From assembly GCF_006345805.1 (NCBI RefSeq), contig NC_042998.1, positions 131,192,001-131,256,000 on the forward strand: 64,000 nucleotides of DNA, given 5' to 3'. The translations under genes were made by a program, and so were the position numbers. Source of the stretch: Octopus sinensis (taxonomy: Eukaryota). Shown here one piece after another: positions 26,926 through 40,788 of this stretch (position 1 is the first letter of the stretch; each line of letters begins with the position of its first letter). The notes beneath the pieces are model-generated. The model had not been told where the DNA came from and did no database searches. It saw only the letters and a program-made list of their open reading frames with translations.

Positions 26926-27949
26926 AATATGTACATGTATACCTATATACCTTCATACAAATATGACCAAGCAATTTTTCTTGGCCATAATCGTGTATCA
27001 CTTACCTGTAAGATAAATTTATACGTGTATATGTGTGTGAGTGTGTGTGTATCTGTGTATCTGAGTGTCTGTGTGTGTGGAGATGGTTTGATATTAATAG
27101 ACCAGATTTTCACGGAAACCAAAACAGGAAGGTGTGGTATTTCAGATACGACAGCTGTTTCTGGGGGCTCGGAATTTCGTAATAAATTTGGCAGATGCAT
27201 TTCGTAAAACGTCAAGAATATGTAAGCAGTTGTAGCCACTTTCTTTCGGATAATCGAAGTCCCCCTGCATACCTACTTCACTAATCACATCATACCTTTC
27301 TGAATGGAGTAAAGACGGGATTGTCTCGACTACAACGCTTCTAATCAAACATTTGCTTGATTAAGGTTCACTTGTGACTAATCAACAACTTACAATAACT
27401 GTTATAAGGGAAACAGATATCCCACATATCAGATTTGACCATCTTTTTTCTGACTTCGTAAAGGTAAGACACGATATGGAGAATACCTTTAAACGGGAAA
27501 ATGCACTTCTCAATTGCTGTTTCTGAACATATGCATTAATCTTATTAGAGAACAAACTTCAATGAAATCTAATCTAGGACCAATGCCGCGATAGGGATTG
27601 GTTTTATACTATTTCATAACGTTTTACAACACTACTGTCTTAATCACCTTTGCGCTTATAACGCAGTAGTTTGTTAGTACAAGAAGATTTGTCGCTCTTT
27701 AATATGTGAAAAGCATGCACTTATGTTAACCATCCAGCCACATGAAAGTCAGGGTACTTGTGATCGACAGTTGCCAAAAGCATCTCTCAGTGTGGTCACA
27801 ACTGTGACTTCGTAGTTGTGAAGGTAACGTCTTAGACACTTATCCATACTGCTCCGACATATATGAGTGTGTATTGTGAGACTGTACGTATGCATGTATG
27901 CCTGTACTATAAACACGCACTTGTATATATCATGTTTTTCTGTGTGCGC

Positions 27950-27983
<34 letters not shown>

Positions 27984-27986
<3 letters not shown>

Positions 27987-28220
27987 AAAATATCGATATT
28001 TAAATATCGATATTATCAAGTGGCCAGCATGGGGAAAAAATACCATACAAAGGTAATAATTTTTTACAACTAAAAATAAGGGTGTCTGAGAGACACCACC
28101 ATGCCGAAATAGTAGTCAAATCCCTGACTCTAAAAACCACCTTCTTAGGTGCTTTTTAGAGTCAGGGATTTGACTGCTATTTCGGCATGGTGGTGTCTCT
28201 CAGACACCCTTATTTTTAGT

Positions 28221-28221
<1 letters not shown>
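27984..28221. mobile_element. Fold-back insertion between (TA)n tracts with a 75-bp hairpin
   Basis: 28068-28142 pairs with 28147-28221 (73/75 matches, 4-nt loop). Confidence 0.6.
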
Positions 28222-28254
<33 letters not shown>

Positions 28255-28310
28255 ATAATATATATATATACATATATATATATACATGTATATATATACA
28301 CATATATATA

Positions 28311-28342
<32 letters not shown>

Positions 28343-28633
28343 GAATATATATGTGTGTATAAATATATATATATATATATATGTATATATATCAATACGG
28401 AAATATGCATATATATGTTGCAGAAAACAAAAACGATTGTGCAATTAATTTATTATGAAATTGACCCATCGAGATGATATCATATGTTTTGACTGCTCAC
28501 TTCAAATTGCGGTTGATTTACAATACATTTCCCAGAGAAACATTTTATTCCCATGACAAATATGTCTCATGCGGTTCAACATTGTTTATAAAATTTTCAT
28601 TTCCCTACACACACACGCAACACGCATATATAT

Positions 28634-28685
<52 letters not shown>

Positions 28686-28801
28686 CATACATACACAGAC
28701 ACATACATATATATGAATATATATATATATAAAATATACGTACATATACATATATATATTCATAAAGTATATATATATACATATATATATATAATATATA
28801 T

Positions 28802-28869
<68 letters not shown>

Positions 28870-28880
28870 AATATATATAT

Positions 28881-28913
<33 letters not shown>

Positions 28914-29363
28914 TATGCACACACATACACATATATACATATACATGTATATGGTATACACATACGTATGTTCGTATTAGAGAGGGGAGACAGAGACAGT
29001 ATGTGAGCGTTTATGTTATTTCATTTCATCTTACGCTGAGGGTATTTCTTTGTATGTATTTCTTTTTTACGTAAGATTATTGTTTTTCTTTATGGACGAA
29101 TTGAAATTATTTAACCAATGTTTCTCTAGAAATGTATAAACATACTGAAGTGTATTGCGGAACACCAGCACACACATACACATATCCATGCCCCCAGACT
29201 CGTATATATAAACGTGTATATATGTGTGAGTGTATGTATAGATGTGCGTGCGTGAGTGTGAATATGTATGTATCTATGCAAATGTATAGAAGTATATGTA
29301 TATAATTGTATATAATACACACGTATATATATGAATATAAATGTGTATATGTATATATATATG

Positions 29364-29418
<55 letters not shown>

Positions 29419-29546
29419 TTACATAGTGAATACGTATATGTTCATACATATGTGTGTATGTTTGTATGCATAACATATACATTCATATAGCAATACCTAT
29501 CTGTTTCAATATATGCAAAATTGTGTGCTATTTGTATGTACGTATG

Positions 29547-29621
<75 letters not shown>

Positions 29622-30127
29622 TTGTATATATGCATACATTTCGTCAACTACTTGCACACAGAGATATGTGCACACATATCGCACACTTTTACGTAAAACC
29701 GTAGAGGAATAATCAATGAGAACTATTGCAAGAAGCAATAACGTAATAAATCATAAAATTGCACTCAAGTTGAAATGCATACATAGTTTACTAACATAGT
29801 TTACTAACAATAATTAGTCAAATTTTGTGCTCTTTTTGTCTTTGTCGATTTTGAGTCTCCTTTATTTGGTTTGATTTAATTTGTTTTTCTATGCAGTATA
29901 GTATAAAGCAAAGCCATAGAGTTCTATTAGCAGTCCTTTATGTTTCCGTTCAATGTAAGAGCAAGTTGTACTTATTGGTGAGTATATGCTAGTGTATTTA
30001 TGTGTATCCATGCATATATATGTGCGTGTGTGTGTGTGTGCATGTGTTTTGGCTATTGTAGCACATTTAACTGTACGTGAATCAGCAAATGTTGTTCTAA
30101 GGTATTGTGCACTTGATCATCTGGGGG

Positions 30128-30468
30128 CAGTGGCTTCCAACTGGGAAACACTGACCATATGGTCCCTGAAGGTCCATATAAGATTCTTGGGGGTCCACAC
30201 AACAAAATAGTAAATTGAGGGTTCACAATAGTATTCTATTTTGCTTTAGATGTATGTATGTGTATGTATTGCAAGAAACAGCTAGTTTTCTTCCTCTAAC
30301 GTTTTACATAGTTTAACCTACACAACTTAATGTGTGAAACACAAAATAGGAATTTTGAAAGAAGTTTCTGTAAAACTACTTTTAAGACATCGAATGGCTA
30401 TGGTATCCACCTGAATAAAATAGTAATCAAAGGGGTCCATAGATAAAAAAAATGGTTGAGAACCCCTG
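30128..30468. mobile_element. hAT (Charlie-like) MITE
   Basis: Ends CAGTGGCTTCCAACT / GGTTGAGAACCCCTG, internal GGGGTCCA subterminal motifs, imperfect TSD ATCTGGGG / ATCTAGGT. Confidence 0.7.
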
Positions 30469-31004
30469 ATCTAGGTGAATTACATGAGGCCGGCTAGCGC
30501 TTTAACCAATGTCAGTAGGTCATAAATTTTCTGCTCACTTTCTCCCAGTCGATGTGATTAGCAGATATTTTAGCAATAAATCGGTTTAATTTCAATTAGA
30601 ACTGGCGGTACACACAACAACGATGGGACGAAGTGTGTAAGGTATTCCATAACCATGGAACTTCACATCTGGAGAAAAGCCTGCACTGAAGCTAAACACT
30701 CTTTCACAGAAATAGTCAGAATGATGTAATGATACAAAATTATTTGGGATATTTCACTTCATTCTTTTACATTATGAGTTGAATGCTCTCCGAAATTTTT
30801 CGAATAAGTACGAGTCATATAATGAATCCAGTTTAATTCCTGTATCACCACCTCAAAACTTTCAACTTTGTACCATTTATGAAAATCAATACATGACTTT
30901 TGATAATTTGTTCGAACATGGAGTATGAAAATTACAATAGGCTTCATCCCGTATAACTCAAATTTAGAAGCTAATGAAATCATCCTTGTACCAAAAAGCA
31001 TATA

Positions 31005-31098
31005 TAGAGGGGAGGCTGGTATGTATGGGTGACTGCTGGTCTTTTATAAACAACCTTGCCCGTACTTGTGCAGCGGAGGGGGAACTTTCTAGTTTCAA
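31005..31098 (+). mobile_element. 3' fragment of the SINE family at 50608-50941
   Basis: AGAGGGGAGGCTGGTATGTATGGGTGACTGCTGGTCTT..AAACAACCTTGCCC matches the reverse complement of ~50640-50735. Confidence 0.8.
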
Positions 31099-31099
31099 T

Positions 31100-31320
31100 G
31101 AATATTAATTACTCTCATAAGTACAATGAATATTAATTACTCTGAATGTATATTAATTACTTTCATAAAAAGCTCCAACTAGCTCATAAACAACAAAACT
31201 GGCTAGGACTGAAATGTGATATGAAACTTAGCTCTTGATTTAGTGAGAAATTTTTACTGCGATTTGTAACGAACAACAAGCACCAGAACTAGACCTGGCA
31301 ACGCCGGGTCATAGTGCTAG
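31100..31320 (+). mobile_element. Helitron 3' terminus
   Basis: Hairpin GACCTGGC-AAC-GCCGGGTC (31292-31310), 6 nt, then CTAG|T. Short tandem repeats AATGAATATTAATTACT lie upstream. The 5' boundary is uncertain. Confidence 0.65.
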
Positions 31321-32249
31321 TTATATCTAACCTAGTTTACAGCTGTGTGCGACCAGACTTTTGTAGCGAAAGAACATAGTCGCTTAAGTGTGACCTATTC
31401 TATTTCAGTAGACTTTAAGATGATGTTTATTTAGATTTTAGTTATGAGTAAAAAAAAATCATGTAACTAAAAACACTTCGCTTCGCACTTACCTTGTTGT
31501 CACTCCGGTTGACAACTCATATGTAACTAGTTACGAACCTTAAGAATCAAAGAGAGTTTAAGCGTTCACTACATCTACGAGACACCGAAGCGAAATCTTC
31601 ACTAAATCACTCCTCGCCGGCTTAAAAAAGATGACGTATTTGAGAAAATAATCAAGTATCCGCTATATCTGGGAGGAAAAATGAGGAAGATGAATGTTCA
31701 AAGATGATCTTTGATCATAAGTCTGCTTGATTCGATAAAGAGTGACCTGAGAAGAAAAAAAGAACACGGTTAAGATGTTAACGTGATAAATAAAATTCTA
31801 GAAGCCTCCTTCTTCCTCCATCTCTCTCTGTCTCCACACTCTTTCTCTTCTTTCCTCTCTCTAATTGTCTTCTTTTTTTTTACACATCTGGTGAATACGA
31901 AATCGTAAAGTGTAATTACAAGATAACAGCTGCTGTTGCTATTGCCGAGACTGAAATGAAATTTCGCGAGACTTGTGATATTGGCAAGTTTTAAAAATCC
32001 AATCACATAATTGGAGAGGAAGCATAATTAAAAATAACAGAAAACGATACTTTTTCTAGAAGTACCTTACAACGGTTCTCCATATAACGTTTTAGAGTTA
32101 TTATTATCGTTGACATCATTATTATACATGGTACTGGCAGTATCAAACAATATCATCGCTGATATCATCATCATCATCATCATCATTATCATCATCATCA
32201 TCATCATCATCGTCATCATCGTCATCGTCATCATCATCATCATCATTAA

Positions 32250-32490
32250 GTGGCGAGATGGCAGAATCGTTAGCCTCCCAGGCGAAATGCTTAGCGGCAT
32301 TTCGTCCGACTTTACGTTCTGAGTTCAAATTCCGCTGAGGTCGACTTTGCTTTACATCCTTTCGGGGTGGATAAATTAAGTACCAGTGAAACACTGGAGT
32401 CGATGTAATCGACTAGTTCCCTTCCCCAAAATGTCAGGCCTTGTGTCTTTAGAAGAAAGCATTTTTTTATTATTATTATTATTATTATTA

Positions 32491-32538
<48 letters not shown>

Positions 32539-32950
32539 TATATAAGGCAGCGAGCTGGCAGAAATGTTAAAGCACCGGACAAAACGTTTAGCGACATTTC
32601 GTCCTTCTCTATGTTCCGCCGGGGTAAACTTTGCCTTTCATCATTTTGGGGTCGATAAATACCGATTGAGTACTGGAATCGATGTAATCGACTATACCCC
32701 TCCCTCAAATATTTCAGGCCTTGTGCTTATAGTAGAAAGGCTTGTTAATATTACACATATTACTGGCAGAATCATAGCTTACAGTATATCTATCAGCACA
32801 TTGCATTTTGATATTAATTCCTACCGAAGTGAAGACTATCGCCTTTCCCTCCGGAGTCGATAAAATAAAGCACGAGTCAAGTACTGGAAACTTTCTCATC
32901 AAGTACTTACCTCCAATCTTTTTCAAAACTGCTTGCTTTGTGGCTATATT
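32250..32950 (+). mobile_element. Three consecutive Nin-like SINE copies after (CAT)n and (ATT)n tracts
   Basis: Heads TGGCAGAA(T/A) at about 32259, 32556 and 32764, each followed by CCTTTC/ATCCTTTCGGGGT..GATAAA..TACTGG-type bodies. Confidence 0.85.
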
Positions 32951-33534
32951 TGAAAGCTAACAATATTCTTTTAGAAATAATGTAGACAGTGTACCAACTG
33001 AAGTAGCGGAAATGTGACAAGAACTCAGTAAGCAATCAGATATTTCACTATTGGATAAACATCTATTATAATAATACACTTGTGTTATTCTCCGTCACAA
33101 CATATGAATAAGAAATGACGGGGTGATAGATGAATAGGGAAGGAAAGGGTGATGGCAAACTGTTTGTGAAATGTTGGAAATTCTACGGTGAAAACATCAA
33201 ACAGCGTTTCAACTCTGTGAGTATATGTAAAAGGGAGTTATGTGAAGGTGTGTGGTGAACACTCAAAGGTGAAAAGAAAAACCAAACTGCGTCTCAACAC
33301 TGTGTGAGTATATGTGTGTACTGTGTCCTTCTACAAGGGAAGTATATGGATGTTTGTATGTGTGAATCAGCATTCTTTCAATAACAAACGATGATCGATG
33401 TCACATATCAAAAGACAACCACTAGATAACATTGAGAAGTGTATTATTTGAATTACCAACAATATTCTATCTTTTCTCTTTATTTATATAAAAAATACTA
33501 CACTTACCCGTCATTTTTTAGTATTCTATCAGCA

Positions 33535-33672
33535 CCTTTACGCCGAGGTTGACATTATACTTCATACTTTTAGGGTCGATAAATTAAGTAGCAGTTGGAC
33601 ACTGGAGTCGATGTAATCGTCTTACTCACGGCCCCTGAAATTGCTGGTTTGTGCTAAAATTTGAACGCAATA
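33535..33672 (+). mobile_element. Nin-like SINE 3' portion
   Basis: CGCCGAGGTTGAC..GGGTCGATAAATTAAGTAGCAGT..CACTGGAGTCGATGTAATCG. Confidence 0.7.
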
Positions 33673-34456
33673 TTCTATTATCACCTAAAAGAAATGCATC
33701 CGCCGATGTGGTGGGGGTGTTAGTCACCCCAAGCTGAATATCTTTCTTTGTTAACTAAATCTAATTTTAAGTCAATATTGCATTTTCACATTTTGGGGGG
33801 AAAAAATTAAATTTCATAACACACATCAGGAGCATTTTGATTTCTAGAAATAATTATATGATCAAATCTCAAAAAATGATAATTGCTTCTTTTGCATTTT
33901 CCTTTTTATAAATTGAATTAGATTGAATTTATCAAGCCTAACTTTATAGTAATTCGTATTTATTTATTTATCCATTATTTATTTACCTATCTATCTGCTT
34001 ATCTAGCTATTTATTTACTTATTTACCTATTTATATGTTTAGTCACCGATCTCCTATAGTCTCAAGAGAGATACTTTTCTCTTTAGTTAACTATCTTAAT
34101 CTTCACTTGAAAAATAAAGTGTAGGTGGAGAGGGCATTGTTGTCTTCCAAAAGATATTTGTTGAAAAATTGATGAGAGTTGCGAGCATAGTTCGAATAAA
34201 TGGACCTGTTCTGAGCGTGTGCCAGTTGACTGAAGGAAGCCAACTAAACACTTGCTCTTCTGATCTAGGTGTCTGACGTGTTGTGGTTTTCCCACAAGCA
34301 TCTCTCAAAGATGTACCCCCCACTGGGAGAATTATTCTTAGCTTGAATTTTTTGTGCTTTTGTCTTTATTTTTTCTATTCTTTTTATATAATTTTGCACC
34401 GTATCGTTCATGAGCCTCCTCGATATTTTGTCAAACCTTGGTGATTATAAAGAAAA

Positions 34457-34490
<34 letters not shown>

Positions 34491-34548
34491 ATCATCATCA
34501 TCCTCATCATCATTACTATTATTATTGCTATTATTATTATTATTATTA

Positions 34549-34627
<79 letters not shown>
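34457..34627. repeat. Compound (GTT)n(CAT)n(ATT)n microsatellite
   Basis: Seen directly. Confidence 0.95.
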
Positions 34628-36899
34628 TCATTATTCCGGCATGTCAAAAAGATTTTATTTCGCTTTATGTTAGTAATTGTTTTATAATTTTATCATTTTT
34701 CTCACTTTGTGTATTTTTATCTTTTCATTTGTTTTTCACAAATGTTTCTTCTCTCTTTTATTTCCGATTTTTTTTTATCTATTTACTTCTTAATTTCTTT
34801 TATTGCGTATTGTAGCTGGAGGATAAAATTCACCGACTTCCAGCCCATCGAGCGACCTCCACCCATTGGCACACACACATAAAAGTTACCAAAATAAACG
34901 AGGAAAATCGTAGCTGAAAAAGTAAACATAGCTGAAATTATATGACACCACAATAACAACATCTTAAGAAATACGGTCTGTTAGATAAAACAACAATAAA
35001 CAATAACAACAACCAATAATAATGATAATAATGATAATAATGATGATGATGGTGGTGGTGGTGGTGGTGGTGGTGATTTTTAAGAATAATGTGAAGAGTG
35101 AGAGTCAGGCGAGACAAACAAACAAACGAAAAAAAACAACTTAATAAAGAACATTTTGGTTTATCGGAAATAATCTAAAAAAAGACAGAATAAGAAAAGA
35201 AAAAAAAGGGAAAAAAAAGTGAATGGGATGATGGTAAGCTGTTGATATCAAGGCTGCTGTTGGATGGTTTTAGGGCTGGTTGGGTTTGAGGATAGAAGTG
35301 GTTTCAGTTGTGTTGATGTCTGAAAGGATCAGATATGCTAAAATAATCATTGAAATCAACAAGCTTGCTTGGCAGACGCTGTCAACTCTATGAAAATGTT
35401 GTATCGCCAAACACAACCTTGACGTGGGAGAAAGATATCTGCAAGTTGTAAATTGCGGCAGTGTTGTTGTTGTTGTTGTTGTTGCTGCTGTATTTTATGG
35501 AGTTCTATAGCCACTATAGTTGTTTAAATGCTTTTGTTTGTTTCTTTTGAACGAAGTATTTTCTGGAGAATAGGGGGATATGGGTTTGCTCTTGCTGTTC
35601 TTGATTTTCTTGTAGTTGTTGGTTTGCTTTTAACGATGTTATCGAAATAAATTTTATGATAAAAAATGGAAAAAATGAACAACCTTGACAAGTTGTTCTT
35701 TCCTCAGTTGCCTTTGATCGCAATATTTGCTTTTGCTTTTGTTTTGTTTTGTGTTTTAATCTCTTTTTTTTTTATAGATTACATCGGGTGGATTGCAAAA
35801 ATCGGTAGATCACTGGTTAAAGATCAGCTACTTGTTTATGTTCTCAGTTCAAATCGCATCTAACTCGATTTGCCTTTGAGTCTTTCGAGTTATTGGAGTT
35901 GAGGCTGAGCTCCAGCATAACCGCAATTGAAAAAGTACAAAATACAAGAAGAATATGGCGTTGGATTACTAAACAGTGTTATTGCGGCTGGAGTTTGTTT
36001 ATCTGTCTCTGCTTGATAATTGCCTTACTCAGGAAACTTATAGCACTGGTAAATTTGTACTAGTTGTCAATACGTTTAAACAAGTGCAAATATTCTGAAA
36101 GAATCAATGTAAACAACGTATACTTTAGTCTTATTAACAGAAACAATTGTAACTTGTGATGTTAAATCTTTTAAAATGCACTATTGCATAACTGAGAATC
36201 GAAAGCATGCTCCCCTTTCGACTCATCTGGGCTAAACAATAGTTCTGCAATGTTTTCTACCGGCTCACTAAAACTAACGAGGAAAAGGTTTGCTTTGCAT
36301 TTCTGACTTCAATATTGTTACGTGTCTAGAGAATACGGCGAGAATCTCAATATCTATTTAAGTGGGTGATATTTCCCTCAACTCTCTGTACCTCATTATC
36401 CAGGAATTTGGAGTGTTACATTTTCTGAAGGAAGAATTATGAGGGCAAGCATTTGTATGGGGCGTAGTGTTTATTGTTATTCCTTTGACATTTCTTCTAT
36501 TTTTCAGGGTTTTTTTTTTTTTGTTCATCCTCAGAGTTCTGGGTGTTATGCTACCTACATTTCTGGATAATGTCACGGAGATAGTAATGTCATAGAGATG
36601 ACAAACGATGACGTACAGAAGTAAGGGAAAGGACGATTAAAAACTTTGCTAGTCAATACACTATAAAGTCACTAGCAATTATTTATCATTCATTAGTGGC
36701 TATACTTTTTGCGTCGGTTATTTCACAACCATCTTTGCTTCATCTTCTTCTTTCACATGTATGTATGTATGTATGTATGTATGTATGTATGTATGTATGT
36801 ATGTATGTATGTATGTATGTATGTATGTATACATACGTATATACATACATGAATATATGTATGTATATACATTATGTATATAAATACATAAATACATAT

Positions 36900-37026
36900 A
36901 TACTTTATTTTAAGCAGCAGAAAATTCAACAAAATCTGTTACTCTGAGTTTCTCGTTGCCGTTCATCAGACAGTATTTGAGTACTCTTTTTTCCACCTTG
37001 TTTCACATTTATGTGTTTACTCCAGT
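36900..37026 (-). mobile_element. Short hammerhead-bearing PLE-like insert in a TA-rich tract
   Basis: Hammerhead at 36936-36973. 37000-37023 matches 63977-64000 in reverse complement, which indicates a second copy. Confidence 0.65.
36936..36973 (-). ncRNA. Minimal type-I hammerhead ribozyme motif
   Basis: Minus strand reads CTGT-CTGATGA-A-CG-GCAA-CG-A-GAAAC-TCAGA-GTA-ACAG: stem I CTGT/ACAG, short stem II capped by a GNRA loop, cleavage triplet GTA. Confidence 0.75.
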
Positions 37027-37902
37027 GTAAATACATATATATTTATACATATATATTCATATATATTTATACATATATATACATACACACACATATATAT
37101 TATATATGTGTATATATACACACACACATATATATATAGAGAGAGAGGGAGAGAGAGAGATTTGTTAATCAATTTTCTATTCCATTCAATACATTAATGC
37201 AACAATCTGCGGCACACAAACAACGCGAAAGACCCAGTTATAAAAACAATCTATATTATATACCAGCTGTTTCCCTGAGGGAAGCAGACACTATCTGTGT
37301 TGATGAAGACTATAGCAATTTAACTGGGTCATTAGGATACAGATGACATCTAGCCTCATTGCTGTGTAAAGTGTATATGTGTTACTCGGGGAAGCATTGT
37401 CCAAATTGAAGCTTCCTTCTACTAAAATTAGCTACGACTAAATTAGAATTCAGAAATTGAAGATAAGAATATACTTCAGTATTTGTAAGATGAGGCATTT
37501 GGGAATGTCAATAAAGTCAGTCAGGTAATCACATTCTGGGGAGTATTTGTCATTCGTTCACTTCAGTCGACGATACCATAGCAAGGCGGTGGGCCCTTAA
37601 AAGCTCCCCGAGTTTAGGAGACGTCATGATTTAAATTTCGCGCATATTCTCAAAACACTCAAACACTCAATACACATAGAGAGAGACACACACGCACACA
37701 CACTCACACACACACTCACACATGAGTATGTATGTGTATGTATGCATGTATGTATATAGTAAGTGACATGCGAACACACATTTACATATGTACCTGTATA
37801 CAAGTACTAAAAATACGTATACAAAACCAGTCACCTAGCTCCTTGCTCATTTGAAGCGGCGTTGACATGCGATATCAAAGAATAAGAGAGGAGACACACA
37901 CA

Positions 37903-37933
<31 letters not shown>

Positions 37934-38408
37934 TACACACACATACACACACACACACACACGCACACACACATGTATATAAGTGATTGTATGTTTGTAC
38001 GTTCCAAGTTACAAGCAACTGATTTGAACCACAATAGCAGAATAGCAGAAATTTTGCATTGGATCACATCTTTTCGAGGAAGGCGTATGCTATTGTATCT
38101 TTCGAAATTCTTTCATTTTAGCTCTTGTAATAAAAAAAACACTAATTACGTTTCATACCTCCCAGCACTGCAAGAAACACTGGGAAAATTTCCTGATTAG
38201 AAAAATACCTAATTTACGGCACGTTTCTAAATTAGTTCAGTATTTTGAAAAAAAAAATGTCTATTGAGTAAATTTATACTTTAGGATACGCTTTGTTTCT
38301 GTTTTAAGAGGTTTTGTTCCGTATTTTTATGGAGTTCAACCTAAATCAACTCCTTGATTGTATGCAGAACATCAGCGTGTGCAAATTTCATCGATCCTTC
38401 ATTTTCCA

Positions 38409-38535
38409 CAAGGAGATCAGAAATCTGTCAATTCGATCTAGAGTAGGCCAGAACCACTGAAAATAATAACAAGGAGATCAGAAATTTGTCAGTTCGATCC
38501 GGCGTAGGCCTGAACTACTGAAAACAATAACAAGC
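38409..38535. repeat. Tandem duplication of a ~61-bp unit
   Basis: ACAAGGAGATCAGAAAT.TGTCA.TTCGATC..GTAGGCC.GAAC.ACTGAAAA.AATA occurs twice. Confidence 0.9.
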
Positions 38536-38599
38536 TAGACAGCGAAAACAACGGTAAGCATATGAGGAAATAGATGGACAACAAGTCTGATTACTACTC

Positions 38600-40150
38600 C
38601 AAAGAAAGCCATATGTCAGACAAAATACATCACACTGTGATTGGCTGACATAGCTGGATTGGATACGTTGCTGCCTGACAGTGAGCCGAGTAAAGCTATT
38701 GATAACCCTCTCGCTGGAAATGATGCTAGAAGCGGATAATAAGAAAGTCTGGTGAAAGCACCAGCATAAACCACAGTGAAATACTAGATAGAAGTGTCGC
38801 AATACATAAGAAATTTCAGCCAGTATGAGAAGGAAGTGATGAGATGTGATTGTAACAGCTACAGGATTTACTTTAGCTGAGAATTGCTGAGAGAATTTCT
38901 GTCCACATCATCTTAAAGAGACAGAGGTAAATAACTGAAAAAGTACATTGAAGCTTCAGTATTATTTCGCATCAGAACACTCCAAAATTGAATGATATTT
39001 TCCTTTGATAAGTACGAGGTAACCTCAAAGAGCAAAGACAACTACTGTACATCGCTATTGTTGACCGCATGAAAGTATGCGACCATTAAATATAAGCTGT
39101 TTATCATTGGTTGCTCAACGAGGATCCGCGTAGACATGAAGGACATCGTAGTCATTTTCAAAGTCTTTTACCATACGTAGCGGCGTAAAACAGCACTATT
39201 TGCTTTCGACATCTCTTTCATGGCACTGCTAAAACACTGTATTAAAACATCGAGAGAGGATGTCCGCATTCACAATAGGGTAGAAAGGAGACGGGACGGT
39301 CTATCCCGGCAGTTGGTGAAAACCAAAGTACAGGAAATACACATTAGGCTATATTATTTGCAAACAAAGCTGTACAGACTCTGAAGATAAAGTGCAAGAC
39401 CTTCATGATTTATTTTAAGCGTTTTTCTGAAAAAGACCAAAGTATTTTATAAATGTCGAAAATCTGCCATTATCAGCAATTTCAAGCTGAATGCATTGTA
39501 CGAATTAAGATAACTTGGCTTCACCACCAGGAACATCTTTTAACTAGAGTCTGACATCAAGTAATGGATCTAAAGAGAAACCTCAACAGTTGCTAAGCTG
39601 CCAAAAGTTGTGGGAAAATTGCAAGTTATCGAAACAATGCAGATTGCCTAAGTCTTCACCTAGACTTGGGCCTCTATTCCAGTCATTGTAACCTGTCAAC
39701 AACTCCAAACTTGGCAACCTGAGATAAATCCTGGACATGAAATGGACTGACCAAGTAACCAACATTAAAGTACAAATAACTTCATTTTGCTTCAACGAAG
39801 ACATTTTGCCATCTGCCATGCCAAGTACGCTCATTATATGTCAGAGGAGAGCATCACGAAAAACCTGCTGCACAGAGAATCAGTCTTTGGCAGGACGGCC
39901 AAATCTGTCATTGCTTTAAAGATGCCTGCAATAGGAGTATGAAGTCACAAGGCAGGAAAATATCACAAGTGATTTTTCCAAACAGGGGCTGGAACTAAGA
40001 AGGAGTTTAAAAAGTAAGCTAGGTCTTGCCGCAAAACAATGGAGTATTTTATGAAAAATATATATCAGGACAACGATGGTTCAGAATGCACTCAATGACC
40101 GTTGTTGCAACCATGTCTGTTATGCTAGAGAAAGAAGTTTGGAAGAAACT
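38600..40150 (+). mobile_element. Heavily decayed RTE-clade LINE RT region
   Basis: Fragments CDCNSYR (~38845), KEQRQLLYIAIVD (~39027), SGVKQ (~39180), KTKVQEIHIR..LFA (~39320) and MKWTDQVTN (~39737) occur in RTE order. Confidence 0.75.
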
Positions 40151-40609
40151 AAGACAGTAAGAAGAAAAAAACGCGTGCACAATAAGAGTTGATAAATATA
40201 GTGTACTTGGTCTCAAAGCTTTGCAGGCAAAGAGAATACTACAAGACATTCTGACGCTTTAACTACTCCACTAACTCACTGCCATGTGTGTGAATGTGTG
40301 TATGTATCTGTCTGTCTGCACATATGTCTGTCTGTGTCTTTACGGGAGTTCATGTATATATATATATATATACACACACAAATACACGCACACAGCATAT
40401 ATTCACATATTTATATATGTAAATATGTATATGCATATATTAATGAGTATTTATATATATATATATATATATACACAAAATTATACACATATCTGTTTAT
40501 ATGTATGTGTGTATACATTTTTAAGTGTACGTCTGTATGTATGTTTGTATATCAGTATATATACATACATATATGTATATATGTATGTGCATATGTTTGT
40601 ATGTATCTT

Positions 40610-40635
40610 TCCCTCTCTCTCTCTCTCTCCCTCTC

Positions 40636-40701
<66 letters not shown>

Positions 40702-40714
40702 TAGATAGATAGAT

Positions 40715-40787
<73 letters not shown>
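40610..40787. repeat. Compound (CT)n(AT)n(AGAT)n microsatellite
   Basis: Seen directly. Confidence 0.95.

Positions 40788-40788
<1 letters not shown>

Noticed and set aside
34083-34323. Overlapping non-repetitive minus-strand ORFs as an exon
   Set aside because: No recognisable domain and no convincing splice-site pair.
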